From Synechococcus sp. PCC 7336 (GTDB taxonomy: Bacteria > Cyanobacteriota > Cyanobacteriia > Thermostichales > PCC-7336): a stretch of 32,000 nt of DNA. Numbering within the stretch: position 1 is the first letter of the stretch; every line of letters begins with the position of its first letter. This document shows, piece after piece, positions 16,285 through 26,028 of the stretch. The stretch lies in contig NZ_CM001776.1 in NCBI RefSeq assembly GCF_000332275.1, forward strand, positions 2,096,789-2,128,788, in the 5' to 3' direction. Under the pieces are notes generated by a model that was not told where the DNA came from, ran no database searches, and saw nothing but the letters and a program-made list of their open reading frames with translations. The position numbers and the translations under genes were made by a program.

Positions 16285-17094
16285 TCAGTTCTGCGAATAC
16301 AGATGGACTGCGCGCTGAGGAAAGGGAAGGCTAATCCCATCGGTATCGAAACGCTTTTTCATGCGCTCGTTCAGAGCGAACTTTACATCGAGATAATCAG
16401 CTGACATGACCCAAGACCACACAGCAAAATTGACGCTGCTGTCGGCAAGTTCGCTCACACCAATGCGTGGAGGGGGATCTTGGAGAATGCGATCGTCTCC
16501 CCTCAACACTTCTTGAATGACGCTTTTGACTTTATCCAGATCGTCCGAGTAACTGACGCCGATAGTGAGATCGATGCGGCGAATGCTTTTGGCAGAAAAG
16601 TTAGAGATCGTATCGCCAAAGACTTTTGAATTGGGAATGATGATGCTCTTATTATCGGGGCTAGCTAACTTTGTCACGAGAATGCCAATCTCTTCGACGA
16701 CCCCAAGCACTCCTGACACCTCGATGAAATCTCCTACCTTAAATGGCCGCAAAATAACCATCATGAAGCCAGCGGCAAGGTTGGATAGAGAGCCCTGCAA
16801 GGCTAAGCCAATTGCTAAACCAGCAGCACCAACAACTGCAATAATGGAAGCTGTTTGGACCCCAAGCCGATTGAGCGCTGCGATCGCAACAAAGACGACC
16901 GCAGTGTAATAGACCAGGTTGCTGACAAACGAAGCCACGGTTCGATCGACATTCCGCCGGTCGAACAGTTGCAAAACAAAACCGCGCACTACCTTCGACA
17001 GCCAAAGACCGATCGCCAGAATCGCCACAGCGATCGCTAGTCTGATGCCTAAGTCTGCTAGCTTCGGCAGCAGTTGTGCAAACAGGTCTTGCAT
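16285..17094 (-). CDS. MscS-family mechanosensitive ion channel
   Basis: VVGAAGLAIGLALQGSLSNLAAGFMMVILRPFKVGDFIEVSGVLGVVEEIGILVTKLASPDNKSIIIPNSKVFGDTISNFS. Confidence 0.95.
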   Translation of the reverse strand: MQDLFAQLLPKLADLGIRLAIAVAILAIGLWLSKVVRGFVLQLFDRRNVDRTVASFVSNLVYYTAVVFVAIAALNRLGVQTASIIAVVGAAGLAIGLALQGSLSNLAAGFMMVILRPFKVGDFIEVSGVLGVVEEIGILVTKLASPDNKSIIIPNSKVFGDTISNFSAKSIRRIDLTIGVSYSDDLDKVKSVIQEVLRGDDRILQDPPPRIGVSELADSSVNFAVWSWVMSADYLDVKFALNERMKKRFDTDGISLPFPQRAVHLYSQN

Positions 17095-17520
17095 GAAATT
17101 CCTCCTAGTAAAGTTTCACTAAAAATAGAGATTGTCTCAGACCTCCTAGAGAGGCGCAAGCCGATCGCCAGCACCGTACTATAAGAGAGTTAATTTTTTG
17201 TATGAGCAGTTAGTTGGTTGCTCAACAGTGGAAGCGCTCTGGGGTTAGGATAGCAAAATGTGATAGCGCTGCCTTCCAATCTTTAGATGGATCTGGTTAT
17301 TGAAATTTTTCTGGAGAGAGGCGCGGCTCACTTCCGTTGGTAGTTAAAGATCCGTCCATTCAGTTTCCAACGCTTCCAAAGAGCATAGTGTGCCTCCATA
17401 TATTGATGAGTTTGTTCGTGCTCAAATGATGGCCCGCTCTATCATGAAAGTGTCACCCAAAAAGGCCAGTTTTTGAACCAAGCCGGTATACTCAGAATCT
17501 CATCGACCGCCTGCAAGCCT

Positions 17521-17862
17521 ATGTCTGAAGAACCCTCCATCACTCCCATCCCCCGAGCGATCGTCGAGCCCGCTCAGCCGCAGAACACCATGGCGGCAAT
17601 GTTTGCCCAATTGCTGCAGCAATTGCAGCCCCCCTCCGCCCCCGCCGATCCCATTGCCCACATCCGCGCTCTCGAAGACGCCTACCAAAACAACTGGATT
17701 TTGGGCACCAGCGAACTGGCCCAATTACTCAAACTCGCCCCCAAAACCCTCGTCCGTTACGACAGCATAGAGCGTTACGGATTTATCTGCGAGCGAGCGG
17801 GACAGAATGGCTCGGAGCTGGGATGGAAAATTCGCAAGCCGAAGTCGAAGAAGAAGAAATAG
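17521..17862 (+). CDS. Hypothetical cyanobacterial protein, possible small HTH-like fold
   Basis: ORF 17473..17862; ATG at 17521 (MSEEPSITPIPRAIVEP...). LEDAYQNNWILGTSELAQLLKLAPKTLVRYDSIERYGFICERAG resembles a helix-turn-helix/wing arrangement. Confidence 0.55.
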   Translation: MSEEPSITPIPRAIVEPAQPQNTMAAMFAQLLQQLQPPSAPADPIAHIRALEDAYQNNWILGTSELAQLLKLAPKTLVRYDSIERYGFICERAGQNGSELGWKIRKPKSKKKK

Positions 17863-17995
17863 ACTTGGGGCTAAGTCCGCTAACGCACGACATCTTCGGG
17901 AATCACGCCCTCTGCCGCACTGACATTCATGTAGGGGGAGTGGGTTGGGAACGGAGATAGAGGACTGATGGCGGATGGCCGAGAGGATCGAGGAC

Positions 17996-19327
17996 TTACA
18001 GCAGAGCTGCTGCCCGTTCTGCTAAGTCCGAACGTTCTCCCTTTTCCAGCAGGATATGTCCGGCCAAGGGTTCGCCGCGAAATTTTTCGATCGCATAGGT
18101 GAGGCCGTTACTGGCAGCATCGACGTAGGGGTTGTCAATTTGCTCGAGATCGCCAGTCAAGATAATCTTAGTGCCCTCTCCGGCCCGCGTCAGGATGGTT
18201 TTGACTTCGTGGGGGGTGAGGTTCTGGGCCTCATCGACGATCAGATATTGTTTGGGAATGGTGCGGCCTCGAATGTAGGTGAGGGGCTCGATTTGCAGCA
18301 TGCCCCGCTCCATCAGCTCTTCGTGGCCGTGTTTCCAATGGCCCGCTCGGCCCGTCAGGTCTTGGGTATCGAAGATCAGATCGAAATTGTCGTATAGCGG
18401 TTGCATCCAGGGGGTGAGTTTTTCAGTGATATCCCCCGGCAGGTAGCCCAAATCTTGGCCCATCGGCACCACCGGACGGGAGATTAAGAGGCGGCTGTAC
18501 ACTTGTTTGTCGGCCACTTGGCGCAAGCCAGCAGCGATCGCCAATAGGGTTTTTCCCGTACCGGCTTTGCCCACTAGGGTGACTAACTGAATCGATTCGC
18601 GCAGCAGGAGTTCGAGGGCAAATTTTTGTTCGCGGTTGCGGGGTTGGATGCGGGAGACGCCACCGTGGGGAAGTTTGCTGAGGGGCACCACATCCCCTTT
18701 CTGGTTTTGGGCGATCGCCAGGGCAGTGTGATGGGGATTGGCGACATCGATCAAGGTGAAAGCTTGGTTGGGATAGCATTCCTGTTCCAGTTCTAGGGTG
18801 ACTCCCCCTTGCTCGAATAGGCCCTTGATGGTGTTGGCGTCTGCCATGACTTCGCGATAGCCGGTGTAGAGTTCCTCAACATCGACCTTGTCGGTTTCGT
18901 AGTCTTCCGCATCGAGGCCGAGGGCGTTGGCTTTGATGCGCAAATTGGTATCTTTGCTGACTAACACCACCGGACATTCGCAGGACCGTTTCAGCTCTAG
19001 GGCTGTGGCCAAGATGGCATTATCGCCGCGATCGCCTTCCAGTTCGGGGGGCAATTCTCTCAGGGTTTGACGGGAGCAGAGGGCCACTTGCAAGTGACCC
19101 CCTTCTTCCAATGAAATCCCTTCGTGCAGGTGGCCTTGCAGGCGGAGGCTATCGAGCAAGCGAGAGGTGTGGCGAGCGTTGCGCCCGATACTGGAGGCTT
19201 GTTTTTTAAACCGATCGAGTTCTTCGATGATGGTGATGGGTAGAACGATATCGTTCTCGCGAAAGTGCGTTAGGGCCGTGGGATCGTGCAGTAACACGTT
19301 GGTATCTAACACATACGCTTTTTTCAT
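17996..19327 (-). CDS. PIN domain-PhoH ATPase fusion protein
   Basis: KKAYVLDTNVLLHDPTALTHF (PIN) and LVTLVGKAGTGKTLLAIAAGL...LIVDEAQNLTPHEVKTILTRAGEGTKIILTGDLEQIDNPYVD (PhoH). Confidence 0.96.
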   Translation of the reverse strand: MKKAYVLDTNVLLHDPTALTHFRENDIVLPITIIEELDRFKKQASSIGRNARHTSRLLDSLRLQGHLHEGISLEEGGHLQVALCSRQTLRELPPELEGDRGDNAILATALELKRSCECPVVLVSKDTNLRIKANALGLDAEDYETDKVDVEELYTGYREVMADANTIKGLFEQGGVTLELEQECYPNQAFTLIDVANPHHTALAIAQNQKGDVVPLSKLPHGGVSRIQPRNREQKFALELLLRESIQLVTLVGKAGTGKTLLAIAAGLRQVADKQVYSRLLISRPVVPMGQDLGYLPGDITEKLTPWMQPLYDNFDLIFDTQDLTGRAGHWKHGHEELMERGMLQIEPLTYIRGRTIPKQYLIVDEAQNLTPHEVKTILTRAGEGTKIILTGDLEQIDNPYVDAASNGLTYAIEKFRGEPLAGHILLEKGERSDLAERAAALL

Positions 19328-19448
19328 GTGCGAATCTCGCCTGCAGTTTAGAAGTTCAGTTGACTAGTTATAACGGGTGAATCCCGCAATCGGTCGATGA
19401 ATCGATCATTTATTCAAGATGCTCCTGCGGCGAATGGGGGACACGTCC

Positions 19449-21017
19449 TCACTGCCGACTGGGCCGACCCAAATCTACGGCCACTCGATGGGCGCAGGCA
19501 AACCCCGAAAACGCTACAGCATTCAAACCCTGTCCGGGAAAGGTGCTATCTCCCACACAGTAAAGGTTACGTACCGAAGTGCGGTTGAAGGGAACTCCCA
19601 ATAGGCCCCAGGGAGTACTGCTGGGAATCGGGCCATAGGTGCCGTTGATGCGGCCTAAAAATTTGCGATGGGTGCGGGGGGTTCCGATCTCTTTGAGTTC
19701 GATGCGATCGCCTAAATCCGGCCAAATCTGCTGCAACCGTTGAATCAGACGGTCGGCATCTCGCTCTTTTTTAGCGCGATAGTCTCGCGATGGCAGTCCT
19801 TCCCACTCGGACATGTGGCTGGGGGTGAAGGTATGGATAATGTGGCGATTGGGAGGGGCTAGGTCGGGATCGAGCAGAGTGGGAATAGACACAAAAATAG
19901 TTCCCTGCTCCCGTTCCATCTCGCGCCAGTCTTCCAGCAGAATGTGGTGGCAATCGGCCTCGCCCGCGATCGCCTCTGCTTCGACCCCCAAATGCAAACT
20001 GAGGAAACTGGGGGACTGCTCGTAGCGGCTCTGCCAGCTCTTTTCCGCCCTCGGCAATGGCAGCTCGGGCATGAGGTTTTGGAAGGTATCCCAGCGGGTG
20101 GCGTTAGAGATAATCTTGCGGGCATACAGGGTTTCGCCATCGGCGAGCTGGACCCCAATCGCTCGATTTCCCCGCTTCAAAATCTTTGTGACCCTGGCTT
20201 TGTAACGAATCTGACCGCCCTTTTCCACCAGCCCGTCTGCCAAGACCTCTGCAATCTTGCCCACCCCCCCCTCGGGATAGTTGATCCCGCCGTAATGGCG
20301 ATCGCTAAACACCATACCCGCATTAATCATGGGCGTCCGATCGGCGGGCACCACCGACCAGCAATAACACTCCATATCGATAAAAGCGAGTAATGTCTCA
20401 TCCTTGATGTACTTGCGCGCCACTTGGCCCGCATTCACCGGCAGGTAGCGGGCTAATCCCAAGCAACTCATCGGCTGTTGGCCAAACACCCGCAAGAGAT
20501 AGCCCAATTCCTCTAGCGACAGTAGTTCCATCGAATTGAGGTAATTGAACACCCGCCAAGCTTCGTCGTAAAACTTGCGAATGCCCACTTTCTCGTGGGG
20601 GAAGGACTCGGTCAGTTCTGCGATAAAGGCGTCGTAATCGCGGTGGACGCGGGGATTGAGGCCATCGGGCAGGTGATAGGCAATTTGGACGGGATCGGGG
20701 ATGGTGTCGAGACGGCGATCGACCGCTGCCAGTGCCCGCGTCAGCAGGTTTGTAGAGCCCTTGTCTCCAAACCCAAAAATCATCGATGCCCCCACATCGA
20801 AGCGATAGTGTCCGCTGGCCGACTCCCGCTCGAAATAGCCCGCACTCCCCCCCGGAATCAGGTATTTCTCTAATACCGCCACCGAATAGCCCTTGGCTGC
20901 CAGTTGCGTTGCCGTCACCAAGCCGCCAATGCCCGAGCCAATCACGATCGCATCGAGCGGGCGATCGGGAGAAGATGCTTCTGCAGGAGGCGAGGTGGGG
21001 CGAGTCGCGGCAGTCAT
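19449..21017 (-). CDS. crtH: Carotene (prolycopene) isomerase CrtH
   Basis: DAIVIGSGIGGLVTATQLAAKGYSVAVLEKYLIPGGSAGYFER...FDVGASMIFGFGDKGSTNLLTRAL...YCVGDSTFPGQGLNAVAFSGFACAHRVA. Confidence 0.95.
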   Translation of the reverse strand: MTAATRPTSPPAEASSPDRPLDAIVIGSGIGGLVTATQLAAKGYSVAVLEKYLIPGGSAGYFERESASGHYRFDVGASMIFGFGDKGSTNLLTRALAAVDRRLDTIPDPVQIAYHLPDGLNPRVHRDYDAFIAELTESFPHEKVGIRKFYDEAWRVFNYLNSMELLSLEELGYLLRVFGQQPMSCLGLARYLPVNAGQVARKYIKDETLLAFIDMECYCWSVVPADRTPMINAGMVFSDRHYGGINYPEGGVGKIAEVLADGLVEKGGQIRYKARVTKILKRGNRAIGVQLADGETLYARKIISNATRWDTFQNLMPELPLPRAEKSWQSRYEQSPSFLSLHLGVEAEAIAGEADCHHILLEDWREMEREQGTIFVSIPTLLDPDLAPPNRHIIHTFTPSHMSEWEGLPSRDYRAKKERDADRLIQRLQQIWPDLGDRIELKEIGTPRTHRKFLGRINGTYGPIPSSTPWGLLGVPFNRTSVRNLYCVGDSTFPGQGLNAVAFSGFACAHRVAVDLGRPSRQ

Positions 21018-21467
21018 GCAATTGTCAGAATTCAGTCGTTAGATTCACTGTAGTACGTTCTCTACCGCCAGTTGGGGCGATCGCCATCGAGCGATCGCGA
21101 GGGCTGAAGGACTATTCAATGCTGGAATGCTGGTAATTTCGCGGAGATCGTTGACTGGAGACTCTTATTTAATAAAATTAATACTTCCACTCTTCGCTTT
21201 TGGTAGTAAATTTTTCTATCCATGGGGCTTCAAGCATTGCTTCTGCAGGGAATTGGCTGACTTTTGCACGACGGCTCCCGCTCTTCTCCCCCAGCTCCTT
21301 ACGCAAACTTGCGGCGATCGGTGGAGAGACTGATATCGAAATTGGTTGACTTTGGTAACCTATGGCAAGCCGAGCTTGCAGCGATTCGAGGACTCGAATT
21401 GCTTTCAGTCTTCGCGAGATCGCAGTTTAAATTCCTACCCCCGAATCACAGTCATCGCTCCACAACT

Positions 21468-21953
21468 ATGGTTAGCACTCAATTTGAAAATACAAACGCC
21501 CAGCGCAGCCGGGTCAGGCATGTGTTAGTCATTGAAGATAACGCCGGTCGCCGAACCATCTCTCTCGAAGCCGCGACTTATTCGATCGGGCGCGACCCCA
21601 GCTGCGCGATCGTACTGAATTCCAATTATGCCTCCCGCCAGCATGCCATCCTGCTGCGGGTTCCCATTCCCGGTACCGCCAATCGCTTGTTTCGCATCCT
21701 CGACGGCAATGCCAAAGGGGAGCGCAGCACGAATGGGATTACTGTTAACGGCCAGCGCCTGGCTCAACACGATCTCAGCCACGGCGATACGGTTGCCTTC
21801 AGTCGCGATGCCACGGCCACCTATTACATGACCGCCAATCTGTCGGATGCCGAGTTCGCTCAATATGCTGAATCCGCTGGCTACCGCAGCCTCAAGCTGG
21901 CTGTGGAAGATGTGTCCCGAACCACAATTGAAGCTAAATCGAGTTCGCGTTGA
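21468..21953 (+). CDS. FHA domain protein
   Basis: ATYSIGRDPSCAIVLNSNYASRQHAIL...STNGITVNGQRLAQHDLSHGDTVAF. ATG at 21468 preferred over the track start at 21264. Confidence 0.93.
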   Translation: MVSTQFENTNAQRSRVRHVLVIEDNAGRRTISLEAATYSIGRDPSCAIVLNSNYASRQHAILLRVPIPGTANRLFRILDGNAKGERSTNGITVNGQRLAQHDLSHGDTVAFSRDATATYYMTANLSDAEFAQYAESAGYRSLKLAVEDVSRTTIEAKSSSR

Positions 21954-22093
21954 GACCGGGAGTGTTTCAGAGGAGAACCTGAGGAGCCTAGCATCCTCAG
22001 CTTGCTTCTTGGGATGTTGGCCCGACGCCCTACCATCAAAAGGAGTTGGCGTTTGAGACAGGTATGGCATTTCCCACACTGAGGCAGAGCAGT

Positions 22094-23452
22094 ATGTCCG
22101 CTCGGCGATCGCCCCGCGATCGCGTCCTCCAGTTAGGGATGCTCGCCATCTGGATTGTGGCCCTGGCACTGCGCCTGTGGCATCTGGGCGAGCTAGAGCC
22201 GCCCGTGTTTGACGAGGTCTATTTCCCTAAATTTGCCGAAGCATATCTCGACGGCACGGCCCCCTACGACGCGCACCCTCCCTTGGGTAAATACTTGATT
22301 GCCTCGGGGATTGTGGCTTTAGGCCGCAATGCTTGGGGCTACCGCATTGCTACGGCGATCGCCGGTTCGCTGATTCCCGTCGCGGTGGCGGGTCTGGCCT
22401 ACAAGATCTCCTACCGCCGTCGGTTTGCCTGGTGGGCGGGCGGGCTGATGCTCTGCGATGGTCTCTTTTTAGTGGAATCGCGCTTGGGTCTGCTCAATAC
22501 CTTTCTGGTGTTGTTTGGTGTGGTGGCGCAGATCTACGCGATCGCCGCTCTAGAGGCAAGGGGGGCTCGACGGGGGCTGCTACTCGGGGGGGCGGGCTTG
22601 CTGTTGGGGGCAAGCGCTTCAGTCAAGTGGAATGGGCTGGGCTTCGCACTCGCCTTGGCGGGCATGGCGGCATTAGCTTGGAGCCACGCTCTGCTGCGCT
22701 TAAAATCACCACTACCGCTGGGGATTTGGGGGCAGGTGCGATCGCTGCGCTGGAAACATTACCTGGTTTACTTCGGCTTCCTGCCGGCAGGATTTTATCT
22801 CTTGCAGTGGCTGCCCCACCTCCTGCAGCAAGGCATTATTCAGCCGGGGAGCGGCTGGCGCGACTGGGTTCAATTGGGCAGGCGGCTGTTGCAGCTTCAT
22901 GCTTCCCTGATGGGCCTTCACACCAGTGCAACTGCAGGGGTGGGGGTGGACGAACTCGTGCATCCCTATTGTTCGACATGGCTCTCTTGGCCGGTGCTAG
23001 CTCGACCGATGGGATACTTTTTCCAGGCGGACGGTAATATTTGGCGGGATGTACACGCAATTGGCAATCCGGTGGAGTGGTGGCTGGCCACTGCGGCGGT
23101 GGTGGGCTTGGCGGTGTGGGGGCTAGCCCGCTTGCAGGCGATACCGGCTTACTGGCTGGTGGGCTATGCCGCCAATCTCCTGCCTTGGGCGTTGGTGAGT
23201 CGGTGCGTGTTTATCTATCACTACATGAGTGCCTATGTATTTGGCATCCTGGCGCTGGCTTGGGTGATGGATGCCTCGATCGGCCATCCCAAGCCGATTT
23301 GGCGGTGGCTGGGCTGGTCGGCGGCGATCGCGATTGTGGCTTGTGCCCTGTTTTTCTCGCCCATTTGGTTGGCTCTGCCCCTGTCACCCGAACAGTTTTA
23401 CCGGCGCATCTGGTTTGTGCCCGATCGCATACCGGGGTTTAATTGGCTCTAG
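22094..23452 (+). CDS. Dolichyl-phosphate-mannose-protein mannosyltransferase (PMT/GT39-like) membrane protein
   Basis: LEPPVFDEVYFPKFAEAYLDGTAPYDAHPPLGKYLIASGI...YRIATAIAGSLIPVAVAGLAYK; multiple TMs. Start could also be ATG at 22064. Confidence 0.9.
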   Translation: MSARRSPRDRVLQLGMLAIWIVALALRLWHLGELEPPVFDEVYFPKFAEAYLDGTAPYDAHPPLGKYLIASGIVALGRNAWGYRIATAIAGSLIPVAVAGLAYKISYRRRFAWWAGGLMLCDGLFLVESRLGLLNTFLVLFGVVAQIYAIAALEARGARRGLLLGGAGLLLGASASVKWNGLGFALALAGMAALAWSHALLRLKSPLPLGIWGQVRSLRWKHYLVYFGFLPAGFYLLQWLPHLLQQGIIQPGSGWRDWVQLGRRLLQLHASLMGLHTSATAGVGVDELVHPYCSTWLSWPVLARPMGYFFQADGNIWRDVHAIGNPVEWWLATAAVVGLAVWGLARLQAIPAYWLVGYAANLLPWALVSRCVFIYHYMSAYVFGILALAWVMDASIGHPKPIWRWLGWSAAIAIVACALFFSPIWLALPLSPEQFYRRIWFVPDRIPGFNWL

Positions 23453-23931
23453 TCGAGTGGGGCAAACGCCGTTTCTAAATCCTGTTTGACATTAGGGGGA
23501 ACCAGATGGTCGATGGGACCGCCGTAGCGGGCGATTTCTTTGACCACACTGCTGCTTAAAAAGCTGTGCTGGTTGGAGCAGGCCAGAAAGATAGTGTCCA
23601 GATCGGGCTCTAGGGTTTTGTTGGTGTGGGCCATCTGCAGTTCGAATTCAAAGTCTGAAATGGCTCGCAGGCCGCGAATGAGTACCTGAGCGTTTTGCTG
23701 GCGGGCGTGGGTGACGGTGAGTCCCCAAAAGGTGGTGACTTCGATATTGGGCAGGTGGGCGGTGGCGGTGCGTATTTGCGCTTGCCGCTGTTCCAGTGAA
23801 AACAGAGGGGTTTTATTGGGGTTTTTGAGGATGGAGACGATCGTGCGATCGAACATGCGGCTGGCGCTTTCGATGATATCTAGGTGGCCGTAGGTCACGG
23901 GATCGAAGCTGCCGGGATAGAGTGCAATCAA
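23449..23931 (-). CDS. coaD: Phosphopantetheine adenylyltransferase
   Basis: MIALYPGSFDPVTYGHLDIIESASRMFD...LIRGLRAISDFEFELQMAHTNKTLEPDLDTIFLACSNQHSFLSSSVVKEIARYGG. Confidence 0.97.
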   Translation of the reverse strand: MIALYPGSFDPVTYGHLDIIESASRMFDRTIVSILKNPNKTPLFSLEQRQAQIRTATAHLPNIEVTTFWGLTVTHARQQNAQVLIRGLRAISDFEFELQMAHTNKTLEPDLDTIFLACSNQHSFLSSSVVKEIARYGGPIDHLVPPNVKQDLETAFAPLD

Positions 23932-24134
23932 AACTCACCTCTACGCAAAGGTTGATGGCTGCAGATAGAATTTGAAGCCTTCGGTTTCTATCTTGCCTGC
24001 GGTTTGCCTATTGTCCGGCCTAGTCAGCCTTTTACTCCAGCTTGGCTCCCAAACATAAACGCAACCACCCCTGTTAGAACGTGAGTCGAGATGGACTATA
24101 GCGATCCTAAATGAATTGTAAACCCCGATTCTTG

Positions 24135-24386
24135 TCAGCCCTGGGTTTCAGGCCAATTAGCGTTCACGACTGATTTATGACTGCTATATGCCAATGCTTT
24201 TTCTTCTACAGTAGTGCTGGCCCTCAGGAGCAAAACTGTACTCGTAACACAAGCTGTCAAAATAACTGCAACGCTCAAACCAACTGCGCTCAAGAAAAGT
24301 GTCAATTTCTGGATACGCCTGATTCTGGCATCCCTGGGATCTTCCTTCTTAATGAAACGTGAGTTCGACAAGGGACTGGCCCCCAT
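24135..24386 (-). CDS. Small single-TM hypothetical protein
   Basis: 83 aa with LTLFLSAVGLSVAVILTACVTSTVLLL TM segment; its N-terminal codons lie in the low-complexity repeat copy at 24378, so the start is doubtful. Confidence 0.4.
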   Translation of the reverse strand: MGASPLSNSRFIKKEDPRDARIRRIQKLTLFLSAVGLSVAVILTACVTSTVLLLRASTTVEEKALAYSSHKSVVNANWPETQG

Positions 24387-24612
24387 CCCCTAACCCCTTT
24401 CCCCAATTTTGATGCTGCTGGCGAAATTCATATTCCGAAACATTGGCCATTTGTCTAGATGCCTGTGGCCCCCTTCCCCTAACCCCTACCCCCAACTTTG
24501 GGGGCAGGGGAACAAGGCCCCGTAAGGATTTTCGGCTGTTTCTCCCCTCTCCCAAATTTACGGCTGACGCCACGCTTCGCGAGGGGAGAGGGGCCGGGGG
24601 TGAGGGCAATGC
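24378..24612. repeat. C/G-rich mosaic intergenic repeat (two degenerate direct copies plus inverted hairpins)
   Basis: TGGCCCCATCCCCTAACCCCTTTCCCCAATTTTG (about 24377) and TGGCCCCCTTCCCCTAACCCCTACCCCCAACTTTG (about 24466); perfect CCCCCAA-CT-TTGGGGG at 24489..24504; CCCCTCTCCC (24544..24553) paired with GGGAGAGGGG (24584..24593). Confidence 0.8.
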
Positions 24613-24798
24613 AGAGTCATCGAACTCAGGTTTAATGAAAGACAGCTCCGATGCTTGAAGTATTTTTCCTAAATCTACGATCGGCTTTTGTTCTGAGGGA
24701 TGCTCGCTCTCGTCAGTCACACCTAAATCCCTGTCACCTCGGTCACCAGCGCGTCGGCATGCTCTTCAGATACGGCACCAAATCTCTGGCCCTTGTGC

Positions 24799-26022
24799 TT
24801 AGCTTCCACTGCTACCTTTCAGGCAGTGCCAGCAGTCTCGTGCGATCGCCCAATCCTCTTGGGTATGAATCACCAGAACCCGTACGGCAGACTCAGCGGT
24901 CGCAATATCTCGATCGCCCGTACAATTTTCATTCTTAGCGAGATCTAGCTTCAACCCCAAAAACCCTAGGGCCTCACAGGTTGCAGCGCGAACGAAGGCT
25001 GAATGCTCCCCAATTCCTGCAGTGAAGACAATTGCATCGACTCCGCCCAAGCTCATTAACATTGCGCCCAGACAAGATTTTAAACGGTGGAGGTAGATGT
25101 CCAAAGCCAGTTTGGCTCGCTTGTTGCCTCGCTCGATCGCCCGCTCGATCTCTCGTAGATCGTGGGAAATTCCAGAAATCCCTTTCAGGCCAGATTCCCG
25201 ATTCAGCAGGCGATCTAACTCATCCGCCGAATAGCCTTGTCGCATCAAATGAATCAAGATACCGGGATCGACCGCTCCCGAGCGGGTTCCCATCATCAAG
25301 CCATCCAAAGGGGTAAAACCCATCGTGGTATCGATGCTGCGACCGTTCTCAATCGCCGTTAGAGAACATCCATTGCCCAAATGACAGACGATGAGGCGCA
25401 GCTCGGCTAAGTCTCGATCCAAGATGCGAGCCGCCTGCGAAGCACAGTATTGGTGGCTAATGCCGTGAAACCCATAGCGGCGAATCCCCCGTTCGAGCCA
25501 GTCATAGGGACCGGGATAGGTGGCGGCGACATCGGGGATATGACTGTGAAAAGCAGTGTCGAATACAGCAACTTGAGGAAGATTGCCCAAAATCTGCTCC
25601 ATCAGCTCAATCCCCTCTAAATTGGCTGGATTGTGGGCGGGTGCCAGGGAACTCAGACGAGCGATCGCCGCTTTGACAGCGGGCGTCACAACAACACTGG
25701 CTCGATAAGCTCGACCGCCATGCACGACTCGATGGCCCACCCCATCAATTTCTTGCGGGCTTTGGATGACGCGAGTCGATCCCTGCCAAAGCATATTCAA
25801 CAGATGGGAAAGTGTTTCAGGTCGAGAGGCAGAATGGAGTTTTTCTGCTAATTTCTCCCCTCGCTCTGTCTTCACAAACAGCGTTGCGACATCGTCTTGG
25901 GAATGCCAATCAATCTGAGCCTCCCAAACCGGAGCGGGGGGCTGTTCCGGGACTGTCCCCCGAATGCTGTACAAGCAACTTTTCTGGCTGCTGGAGCCTG
26001 CATTGAGAACCAAAATCTTCAT
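24799..26022 (-). CDS. ackA: Acetate kinase
   Basis: MKILVLNAGSSSQKSCLY...GHRVVHGG...VAVFDTAFHSHIP...YGFHGISHQYC...CHLGNGCSLTAI...TMGFTPLDGLMMGTRSGAVDPGI...GGVDAIVFTAGIGEHS. Confidence 0.98.
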   Translation of the reverse strand: MKILVLNAGSSSQKSCLYSIRGTVPEQPPAPVWEAQIDWHSQDDVATLFVKTERGEKLAEKLHSASRPETLSHLLNMLWQGSTRVIQSPQEIDGVGHRVVHGGRAYRASVVVTPAVKAAIARLSSLAPAHNPANLEGIELMEQILGNLPQVAVFDTAFHSHIPDVAATYPGPYDWLERGIRRYGFHGISHQYCASQAARILDRDLAELRLIVCHLGNGCSLTAIENGRSIDTTMGFTPLDGLMMGTRSGAVDPGILIHLMRQGYSADELDRLLNRESGLKGISGISHDLREIERAIERGNKRAKLALDIYLHRLKSCLGAMLMSLGGVDAIVFTAGIGEHSAFVRAATCEALGFLGLKLDLAKNENCTGDRDIATAESAVRVLVIHTQEDWAIARDCWHCLKGSSGS

Positions 26023-26028
26023 GGCCGC

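Noticed and set aside
20398-21021. 207-aa minus-strand ORF
   Set aside because: Alternate frame inside crtH.
21018-21467. Searched this long intergenic region by eye for a tRNA or structural RNA
   Set aside because: No cloverleaf, T-arm consensus or strong hairpin was recognised; a covariance-model scan would be needed to exclude an RNA.
22333-23037. 234-aa plus-strand ORF
   Set aside because: Off-frame read inside the PMT-like gene; no recognisable domain.
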